Under the pieces are notes generated by a model, which did no database searches, was not told where the DNA came from, and saw only the letters and a list, made by a program, of their open reading frames with translations. Positions 1 to 8,222 of a DNA stretch of 64,000 nucleotides are shown here, one piece after another. This DNA is from Puniceicoccaceae bacterium (GTDB lineage: Bacteria; Verrucomicrobiota; Verrucomicrobiia; Opitutales; Oceanipulchritudinaceae). The stretch is from contig JBFOMH010000007.1 of assembly GCA_040830765.1 (NCBI GenBank), forward strand, positions 1 to 64,000, in the 5' to 3' direction. The stretch's first letter is position 1; the number at the start of each line of letters is the position of its first letter. The position numbers and the translations under genes were made by a program.

Positions 1-3000
1 CGAGGCCAACTGTTCCACCACTGATCTGCAGCTCGACTGCGCTGATGACATCAACGGTACCGAGCAAGTCGTTCGGATCGTTGGTGCCGTTGGTCGCCAG
101 GGCCCAGTCCATGCGCGGGGTGAGTTCAGTGCTGCCATCGGAATCCGTAGCTGAATTCACTTTCAGATCGCCAGAGGCATAGAAGTCCAAACCGTTGACC
201 CCTATTAGCTGAGCAGTGCTCATACTAACATCTAGTCCGAGGTATGTATCCCCGCGGTTGTCTACAACAGGATCATCTACAGCGCCCGTAGCCATGACCA
301 TGTCCATGCTAACACCGTCCACTGCGAAACCGATTGTGCCATCAACAACATCATCCTTGGCAACATTGAGGGAGCCTCCCACACCGGCAAATACATTGGC
401 CGTGCCACTGACTGAGACGTATTCGGCATCGGTCAGGGTAGTTGTCCCGTCGGTCACCGTCGTTGAGCCGATCTTCAGGTCAAGCCCGCTGATGGCGGCG
501 ACAAAGACGCCCGGTCCGAGATCAACAGCCGCATTACCACTGACGCCCAGTTCGAGGCCACTTCCAATCGTGAAGGCCGGAATGATACCATTCGGGTCGT
601 TGGTCTCGTTGGTAGCGGTTGCCCAATCGACACGGACTGAAATGATGTTGCCCGATGTATCCTTGGCCAAGTTGAGCTTGAATGTGCCAGAGGCCCAGAA
701 ATCGAATCCGGTAATGCCCTGCAGGGATGCCTCGGCCAAGCTCGCTTCGAAGCCCAGATAACTGCGTTGGTCACCAGCGGTCACATCGGCAGGCCGGACG
801 AGGGCAAAGGATGCTGTTCCTCCGATGATGCTGAAGCCGATGGCATTCGTCAGGTCCAGAGCATCGTCAGAAATCGTGGTGGCATCATTCGTGGTGATGG
901 AAGCGCCCAATCCACCAAACAGGTTCAGGTTGCTTACAGAGGCCGTCAGGACAGAAGCGTTCTTGAGCGTGCCAGCAACATCCGCCTCAACAGGATCGGA
1001 AAGGGATCCGCCCGAGCCCGGAATGGAGGCATTACCTGTGACAACATCCATCACCGTGCTGGTGATTTCAAACGTGGCGGTCCCGACAACAAAACCGAAC
1101 AGGTCCAAGCTGGCATCTGCCGTGACCTTGGTAATCGGTGTTGAATAATTAAATACAATTGGCGTGGCCCCTGCCATCACGGTGTAGGAGCCATCTGCCC
1201 CACCCGCTCCATCGGCATCAATCAGGGTGAAGTCGACATAGGTGTCATCCGAGGCGTGGCCGTTGTAATCGAGTGTCAGGTCCTCAGCGAGCACGGTCAG
1301 ACCGGTCACGCCAGACAGGGATGCTGAACTGATGGTGCCCTGGACGGCATTCCAGGTTCGCGAGGTTGAACCATGCTCGATGATGACTACACCGAGACTG
1401 GAAATCGTTGTGGTGAATCCGACTTCGCTGTCGGATCCATAATTCGCCCCGACAAATATCGTCCCGCTTTCGGCCCCGATGGTTGTTACCGGCAGATCGC
1501 TCAAGACCTCGGGTGTGGTGCCATCGGTGACGGTGACCGAAGACAAGGTGTCCGTGGAAATATTGAAGTCACCCGACAGGTAGACAAATCCACCGAGATC
1601 AATTTCAAGGTTGGTCAGGCTGGCTCCGGCGGAGAAGCTCGTATTGGAGACCAGACTCAATGGATCCGATCCCACAGCAGCAACAAGTTCGTTGATGGTA
1701 ATGCGGTTGTCCGAGGGGGTTGGATCAGCCAGCTCGAAATTGAGGCTGGCATTAGCGGTGACATCCCCATTGACGATTCCGAAATTCAAGCCATTGGCTC
1801 CTGCTGTTGCGGTAAGCGAACTGAGGGTGAATTCAGCTGCTCCGCCAGCACTGACATCACGAAGGAAGATTGCGTCACCAGCATCGCCCGAAATCAGGTC
1901 GTCCAAATCAATGCCTACCGTAAAGAGCAGATTTCCGCTGGCTGTATAGCTGAAATCGCCGGCAAGGAGACCATTGAGCGCATCGAGACGGAAATCAAGT
2001 GCCTCCGTTCCCGATACGTCGTGGCTCAAATCCACCGTGTAGGTCAATTCAGCTGTGGAGATATCGAAATTAAACCCGAGGTCAGAAATGTCACTTCCAA
2101 GTCCCTCGGCAGTTCGATCGGCAAGGTCCTGGACACTGTTAAAGCTGGCTCCTCCACTTGGATTGGAAGGATCCGAATCCAGACCACCGAGGACACTGTT
2201 GTTAAAGCCGGAAGTCAGGTCAGTGAACGTATCCAGGGCTTGGTCGACGTAAGGAATTTCAACACCGAAGGCGTCTAGATAATCCCGCACCGTCTCTATC
2301 TTCTGCAGAAGCACATCCGGATCGATATTGAGGAACTTCATTAATTGTTCCCCGCCCGTGAAGGTAGGATTGGCCGTTACGGCGACACTGGAAATATCCG
2401 TGATATCAGCCCACTTCATGTCGACTTTGACGGTCCCCAAGTCAAAGGCCTGGGTGGGATCACCAGGGACAAATGGGGAAATCGTGAATGTCCCAGTCAG
2501 GAACAGGTCATTGGTATTGGGATCCCCGTCGGAGGCATTTGTTGGATTGCCGACGAGTGACAAATCAAACAGTCCCAGAGGATCGGTGAAAAAGTCCTGG
2601 ACCCGCAGTTGTGTATCTGAACCACCGCCTGTCGTAATATCCACCTCCAATGCCACGGCACTATCCACAGCAAGGTCGACCTCTGTCAGGGCGACGTTGA
2701 TAAAGCCAAAGCGACCGATGGCTTTCACATCATCCGAGACATCGACGACAATATTGCCCAGGCTGAGTTCAGGACCGGCAGAAGGATCGCCATCGCGGGT
2801 GCGGATGTAGAAGCCGTTTGGATCCACGCCAAACACCATATCCAGTGTCAGGTCTGCACTGACTTCTATGCCACCCGTGATATCAATATCACCAATACCG
2901 ACATCAAAGTCGAATTCCAGATCGGCCTGTCCACTCAAGGTCTTGATGATCTGGACATCCCACTCAAGGTAAGGGGATGGGTCGCCGCTGCCGTCCGTAA

Positions 3001-6000
3001 AGGTGACATTACCGGGCGTGCTATCGAGCCCATCGAGAGCATTGGCAAGATCGGCCCCTGTGCTAATCAAGCCCCCGATGTCAGAAATTCTGAAACTGCC
3101 CGGTCCGGACTCAATCAAGCGCTGGACAAGATTTTCGGTATTGCTGGTCTGGCTGGCCTGATCGATTTCCGGAACGCTCGGGGCGCGGGTCGGATCCCCG
3201 CGTGGAGCCCGTTCCTCGGGAACCGTGCCGCTCATGGCGTTTTCGAGAGAAGAACCAAAGACAGGAACCTTCTCATCCTTGATGCCGAGCAGCTCTCCGA
3301 GCCAGTAAAGCCCGATCTTGATGGAGTTCAAGGGATTGGACCAGCCGAGGAAGGCGGAATTGTCGAGAGTTTCAACATTGTTGTAGAGAAGCAGCTGGCG
3401 GGCGCCGTTCTCATCATAGACCGTGTAGTAGTCGTTCCCATCGATGGTGCCGCTGAATACATCGTCAATATCTTCTCCGAGAAGCACCGCAGAATCGGCT
3501 CCATCGCCACCATCATAAAAGATACCATCAGCAAAGGCTATCGCTCCATTGCTATGATCGAGCGTCAGGGTATCATCACCACCTCTCAGGAGGAATACCA
3601 TGCCCTTAACCCCGGCAACTGAGGAGGTGAAGACAGGAACCGAGGTGCTGAAGTTAAGGTCGAAGACTTTTACCTGGGTTGAATTCTCGGCACTGCGGAT
3701 TACCTTGAAATGGTCGGCCCCGGTTGTTCCCACAAACTGTGGAATAAATTCCCCAATTCCCTGCCGGTTCAGGTTGCTCATGGACCATGCTCCCCGTCCC
3801 ATCAGGGCGGCAAGAAGGATGTCAGGATCGGAAATTTGATTGTCCTTATCGACATCAATATAACGAAGGTCATTCACCGGTGAATTGGGCAGGTTGTCCC
3901 CGAAAGCTACCCACTCTGCGTCGCCGACATCATTGACGTTCTCAGGCTCAACGAGACGATAAACTCCAGCCGACGCACCAATCATCAGGATGTCCCCTGT
4001 GGGATGCGTAATATACTCAATCGTCCTCAGGTCGGTCGCCCGTCCACTGATACGATTCCACTCCGGTTCGGCAGCCGTGATGTCCGCTGTCTTGTAGACA
4101 TGTTTGTTATCAACGGCGTAAACCGTTTTCCAATTGTCCGGATCAACAACAATATCGAGGATTTTGTAGGCAGGATCGATGCTGACGGTCCGCCACTCCT
4201 GGGTGGCATCAACGCGATAGACAATGTCGTCATGGATACTGGCCATGATCAGGTCGGGCTTTTGCACGCCGCCTTCCATCCCACCATAGACCAGGGAGTT
4301 GACTTTCTTGTAGAAGAAGGGGTAGGAACCGTTGGCATTGCGATTCTCTTCGCCCTCGTAGACCCGCTCGACGGTTTCGAAGTAATCGTCAGTGGTGTAG
4401 ATACCAAACATGGCAATCAACAGCTTGCCGTCGACAAACCGGTTGGCAGCTACCGGAATGTGGGTGAAGCCTGTAAAGGCACTGTCCAGGTCATTGGTAA
4501 TGCCACTCAGTCGCACATCGCTTGATGACGATGTCAGGTTCGCCCGTTCACGATCACCAATTCGCGTCCCCGTGTCGTCATAGGTTTCCTTGAACACCCA
4601 ATTGAAATTATTCGACATGGAGAACCGGACAACGCGGTCATCGACGGTATCCGCATTGGTATCAATGGCAACGACCGTCTGCACTGCCCCGTCTCCACCA
4701 TGAATCTGGGTCCAGCCGGAGACCCGTTCATTGTAGTCATCGATTCCGTTCATTCCATCGTCATCGACTCCGTTGCTGGCGGTCAGGCTTTGAACAGAAG
4801 AACCATTGTCCTGTGTGCCGACCAAAATGACCTTGTTGACAGGATCGTAGTCAACCGAACTTGACTCGGTAACGCGAAGGTCGCCAACAATGGAAGTCCA
4901 TTCGCGGGTCGGGCCCGGTAGGTTGAGCGGATTGGTCAAGCGGTAGATCCCACCGTCATCGGCTTCGAGAAGGTTCCCGGCTGTATCAAAAGTAATGAAT
5001 CGGGAATCGGCATGAGGCGTCGTATTATTGACAGTGCTGCCGACGATTTGCTCCCAGGCACTCCCGGTGTAGCGGAAGACCCGGCCACCGCCACCTGACA
5101 ATCCAACTGAGTTATTGGTCCGGCTGGGCTGACGATCCCCACCGACATAGATGACGCTCGAATTGTTTGGATCAACGGCAAGGGAGAAGTGCAGGTCACC
5201 TTGCCCGCCAGGATGGAGTCCGGTCTCGGTCGCTGGACTGCCATCGGTGGAAGTCGGTATGTCGATTTCAAACCAGTTACTGCCGAAATCAGTCGACTTG
5301 AAGATATCATTCAGTCCGGTCCCGTTCTGACCATGGGTGTTGGGACCGACGATGCCGACATAGACCGTACCGTCAGCGGCAGAGACAGCTAGCTTCATGC
5401 GCTTCTTGTCTTCGAAGTAGTTATCGATCCCATCCCCGTCAGAATCCGATCCGGATGCGATGTTAACCGAATCCGGAGCCCCGCTGCTGGTGTTGATGGG
5501 AGACCAGGAGGTGCCTCCGTCATCAGACATAAAGACGCCCTGCTCGGGATTGACTGCGTAAAGCCGTACCGGTCGCACCGGAGCTGAGGTGCTTCCCGGA
5601 TCAATTGCCAGGTCCGTGTAGTGCCCTGCCGGGAGACCGATGCCGGCTGAACCGGAAATCTTGGTCAAGGTATAGCTGGTCAGGGTCGTAGTCGCTGCCA
5701 GGTTGTCGATTTCAATTTCCAGCCGGAAAACGCCACCACGGTCATCAACGACATCATTATTGTCCTGGTCGAGATCCAGTGTGGAGATGAAAATGACCTG
5801 TTTGCCGGCGTTGGTCAGTTTCGTGGTCAGGACTCGGGTAATCTTCAGATTGAGGAGCTCCGTCCGCCCCAGTTCCATCCACGAGTCACCCCCGTCTGTT
5901 GTCAGGAGCAATCCCCGGGGGGGCGTTCCGGTGTAGGATGAACTGGTGCGGCCCGTTCCCGCGATCAGGACAAGCTCATCGTTGGATGTCATTGCCGTGA

Positions 6001-7927
6001 CTTCGGCACCCGTGCTGTCCAGGGGACTCAATGAGAGGGTGCTGATTCCGAGGCTGCTGAAATCGTCAGTCAGGTTTTCCCAATTTGTGCCATCTCCGCG
6101 CCAGACACCGCCCCCGACGGTTCCCACATAAATGAGGTTCGCATCGAACGGATGCTGGGCAATGGCGTTGATGGCTCCCACCACCGGGCTGTAGAGGCTG
6201 GTGCTGCTAACCCCGGCAGGACCTTCTTCAGTCCAGGTCGGTATTCCGTCCTGGAGGAAGGGGAAACCGTTTTTCACATAATAGGCACTCCCTGTGAAGG
6301 CAGAGAAGTCAGCCGTTGTCGTGCTTTCTCCCCCGATAAATTCAATCCGACCGATATTGGTGATGTCGATGGATAGGGTACCGACGGTCACCAGTGAATC
6401 GGTTGCCGTGATATCGGCGTTACGGACAATCCGAAAAGTGTTGTTCCCGGTACCGCCATCTACGGTCCCCGAAACTTCTGCATCAACATTGAAATTGAAG
6501 AAGTCATTGGCGAGGCCTCCCGTCAGGTTTTCAATTTCCGTGAAAGAGAGATCAACATAGCCATCAATTTTCAGGACTCCGGTGCCCTCTTCGGTCATCA
6601 CCCATTCGGCGTCGGCAGGAATGGCTAATTCAAGTTCGTCGCCGGAACTCGGTACTGAGGAGAAAATGGAAGTGATGTCATTGTAGGTAATGTCATCCGC
6701 CGGATCATCCGCACCGGTCACGGTAACATCCGGGATGTTATTGCCGTTTGCATTGATGACGAGGAAGGTCAGGGGTCCCGTGTCGAGAATACCGTCAAGG
6801 ATTCCAGCCACCGCTGCGCTGAGGTTTGCTGTAACAGGGTCGGAGGAGGTGGCATTGATGTTTCCACTCAGGAAGTGGCGGACGCCCGCTGTCAGGGTTT
6901 CCTCCATCACCGCAAGACCAGAATCATGCCCGAGACCAAGTAGGTGACCTACCTCATGCACGGTGGCCGTGAGGAGGTCCATCTTCCCGTAGGCGTCACT
7001 TGAGGTATCGGCCATCCGGTACCCGTCAAGGTTAAGGATTCCGAACTCGGAGGACTCGCCCGGGGTGGTGTCAACAAACCAGCCATGACCGGCGGCCGTC
7101 GGGTCGATAAGGACCATCCCGTCCCGGGCTTCCCCGAGGATGCCGTCCGGGAGATCGGTGACGGTTGCGGTAAGGTTGTCGAGGACATCCGTCAGGCCGT
7201 TCGCAGCTGCGTAGGCCGACCAGGCCGAGATGGCTGCCGGGAGGATGCTGTCGAGGTCTTGCTGGGTCAGTGGTTCAACCTCTGCACCCGCATCGGCCGG
7301 ACCACTGGCATAAAGAAAATCGCCTGCCCCAAAATGGGTCTCAGGCGACTCGAATAGTGAGAAATTGGCGTAATCCGGTGTGGACACGTTGAAGCCGGAA
7401 CCGATGCTAAATTCGGACCCGGAAATGATGAATTCGGCTGTATCCCGCTGTTCAAGCAGGTCACCGCCCATCGGGGGTCCGTTTGCGGCATGCAGGGTGG
7501 TTACTAATTCCTGCGAAAGTGGGTCGTAACGGTCGACCAGTGCAGTGACCTGAAGGAGGCCTGCTGAGCTGTCAATTGACGGCCCGTGGAGACTGTAAAT
7601 AAGCGAAAATTCCTGTGCGGAAACGGCTGTTTCCTCGTTCCCCTCGACCTCAATTCCAGAACTGGTGACGGCCTCCATGGGGTCGGCTTCGGCCACCGAT
7701 TCCTGTCCCTGGAGGGCGGAATCCTCAACCCCGAAAAGGCCATCTTCGGCCACTTCTGCGGCCGCCGGGGAGGCGTCCATCTCGACAAAAATAGCATCAT
7801 TTTCCTGGTGCTGATGGAGGAGAGCCTCGGCTGCTTTGGCACCAACAATACCGTCGCCAGAGAGAAGGAGACGGGGCTCCAGACTCTCCAGTTCAAACTG
7901 GTTTTTACGTGGTGGGTGCGAGCTCAA
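1..7927 (-). CDS. Giant LEPR-XLL protein, at least 2642 aa, 3' end beyond the window. Leader, metzincin-like domain, BNR/Asp-box beta-propeller, then beta-rich stalk repeats
   Basis: Not in the ORF track. Manual translation from TTG at 7927 (in-frame TAA just upstream) gives MSSHPPRKNQFELESLEPRLLLSGDG. The same frame gives sensible protein at every spot checked: HEVGHLLGLGH at 6958-6926, Asp-box motifs at 5270-5914, and open reading at positions 2-160. The long + strand ORFs lie in the antisense shadow frame. Not every codon was checked for stops. Confidence 0.88.
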   Translation of the reverse strand, partial: MSSHPPRKNQFELESLEPRLLLSGDGIVGAKAAEALLHQHQENDAIFVEMDASPAAAEVAEDGLFGVEDSALQGQESVAEADPMEAVTSSGIEVEGNEETAVSAQEFSLIYSLHGPSIDSSAGLLQVTALVDRYDPLSQELVTTLHAANGPPMGGDLLEQRDTAEFIISGSEFSIGSGFNVSTPDYANFSLFESPETHFGAGDFLYASGPADAGAEVEPLTQQDLDSILPAAISAWSAYAAANGLTDVLDNLTATVTDLPDGILGEARDGMVLIDPTAAGHGWFVDTTPGESSEFGILNLDGYRMADTSSDAYGKMDLLTATVHEVGHLLGLGHDSGLAVMEETLTAGVRHFLSGNINATSSDPVTANLSAAVAGILDGILDTGPLTFLVINANGNNIPDVTVTGADDPADDITYNDITSIFSSVPSSGDELELAIPADAEWVMTEEGTGVLKIDGYVDLSFTEIENLTGGLANDFFNFNVDAEVSGTVDGGTGNNTFRIVRNADITATDSLVTVGTLSIDITNIGRIEFIGGESTTTADFSAFTGSAYYVKNGFPFLQDGIPTWTEEGPAGVSSTSLYSPVVGAINAIAQHPFDANLIYVGTVGGGVWRGDGTNWENLTDDFSSLGISTLSLSPLDSTGAEVTAMTSNDELVLIAGTGRTSSSYTGTPPRGLLLTTDGGDSWMELGRTELLNLKITRVLTTKLTNAGKQVIFISTLDLDQDNNDVVDDRGGVFRLEIEIDNLAATTTLTSYTLTKISGSAGIGLPAGHYTDLAIDPGSTSAPVRPVRLYAVNPEQGVFMSDDGGTSWSPINTSSGAPDSVNIASGSDSDGDGIDNYFEDKKRMKLAVSAADGTVYVGIVGPNTHGQNGTGLNDIFKSTDFGSNWFEIDIPTSTDGSPATETGLHPGGQGDLHFSLAVDPNNSSVIYVGGDRQPSRTNNSVGLSGGGGRVFRYTGSAWEQIVGSTVNNTTPHADSRFITFDTAGNLLEADDGGIYRLTNPLNLPGPTREWTSIVGDLRVTESSSVDYDPVNKVILVGTQDNGSSVQSLTASNGVDDDGMNGIDDYNERVSGWTQIHGGDGAVQTVVAIDTNADTVDDRVVRFSMSNNFNWVFKETYDDTGTRIGDRERANLTSSSSDVRLSGITNDLDSAFTGFTHIPVAANRFVDGKLLIAMFGIYTTDDYFETVERVYEGEENRNANGSYPFFYKKVNSLVYGGMEGGVQKPDLIMASIHDDIVYRVDATQEWRTVSIDPAYKILDIVVDPDNWKTVYAVDNKHVYKTADITAAEPEWNRISGRATDLRTIEYITHPTGDILMIGASAGVYRLVEPENVNDVGDAEWVAFGDNLPNSPVNDLRYIDVDKDNQISDPDILLAALMGRGAWSMSNLNRQGIGEFIPQFVGTTGADHFKVIRSAENSTQVKVFDLNFSTSVPVFTSSVAGVKGMVFLLRGGDDTLTLDHSNGAIAFADGIFYDGGDGADSAVLLGEDIDDVFSGTIDGNDYYTVYDENGARQLLLYNNVETLDNSAFLGWSNPLNSIKIGLYWLGELLGIKDEKVPVFGSSLENAMSGTVPEERAPRGDPTRAPSVPEIDQASQTSNTENLVQRLIESGPGSFRISDIGGLISTGADLANALDGLDSTPGNVTFTDGSGDPSPYLEWDVQIIKTLSGQADLEFDFDVGIGDIDITGGIEVSADLTLDMVFGVDPNGFYIRTRDGDPSAGPELSLGNIVVDVSDDVKAIGRFGFINVALTEVDLAVDSAVALEVDITTGGGSDTQLRVQDFFTDPLGLFDLSLVGNPTNASDGDPNTNDLFLTGTFTISPFVPGDPTQAFDLGTVKVDMKWADITDISSVAVTANPTFTGGEQLMKFLNIDPDVLLQKIETVRDYLDAFGVEIPYVDQALDTFTDLTSGFNNSVLGGLDSDPSNPSGGASFNSVQDLADRTAEGLGSDISDLGFNFDISTAELTYTVDLSHDVSGTEALDFRLDALNGLLAGDFSYTASGNLLFTVGIDLDDLISGDAGDAIFLRDVSAGGAAEFTLSSLTATAGANGLNFGIVNGDVTANASLNFELADPTPSDNRITINELVAAVGSDPLSLVSNTSFSAGASLTNLEIDLGGFVYLSGDFNISTDTLSSVTVTDGTTPEVLSDLPVTTIGAESGTIFVGANYGSDSEVGFTTTISSLGVVIIEHGSTSRTWNAVQGTISSASLSGVTGLTVLAEDLTLDYNGHASDDTYVDFTLIDADGAGGADGSYTVMAGATPIVFNYSTPITKVTADASLDLFGFVVGTATFEITSTVMDVVTGNASIPGSGGSLSDPVEADVAGTLKNASVLTASVSNLNLFGGLGASITTNDATTISDDALDLTNAIGFSIIGGTASFALVRPADVTAGDQRSYLGFEASLAEASLQGITGFDFWASGTFKLNLAKDTSGNIISVRVDWATATNETNDPNGIIPAFTIGSGLELGVSGNAAVDLGPGVFVAAISGLDLKIGSTTVTDGTTTLTDAEYVSVSGTANVFAGVGGSLNVAKDDVVDGTIGFAVDGVSMDMVMATGAVDDPVVDNRGDTYLGLDVSMSTAQLIGVNGLDFYASGDLKVNSATDSDGSTELTPRMDWALATNGTNDPNDLLGTVDVISAVELQISGGTVGL

Positions 7928-7977
7928 GAGAGGGGAAATGCAGCGAGATTAGTAGCTGGTATAACCTACCGGCCTAC

Positions 7978-7992
7978 TAGGGGTATCCCCTA
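7978..7992. promoter_or_regulatory. Inverted repeat TAGGGG-TAT-CCCCTA, candidate operator upstream of the first giant gene
   Basis: 6-bp perfect arms about 50 bp upstream of the 7927 start, in an AT-rich intergenic region. A related imperfect site TAGAGAATCTCCTA lies at 8038-8051. Confidence 0.35.
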
Positions 7993-8222
7993 TTTTCGAT
8001 ATGAGGTCAATCCAATAGGAAATGCCACCCAATCAATTAGAGAATCTCCTACCATGTAGCGCCAGCAGAAGTATACCTAATGGATATTCTTCCGTTTTCG
8101 TGAAGATCAGACTTCCAGTTTTCACAAATAAGAACAAATTTTATGTAAATATAAATCGTTTCAAACGAATGGAATCCGGAATTCCAGACCCTGGAATGAA
8201 CCGGGAAAGCCCTATTGAAATG

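Noticed and set aside
7504..7896. 130-aa minus-strand ORF from the track
   Set aside because: Out-of-frame overlap with the real LEPR-XLL reading frame starting at 7927.
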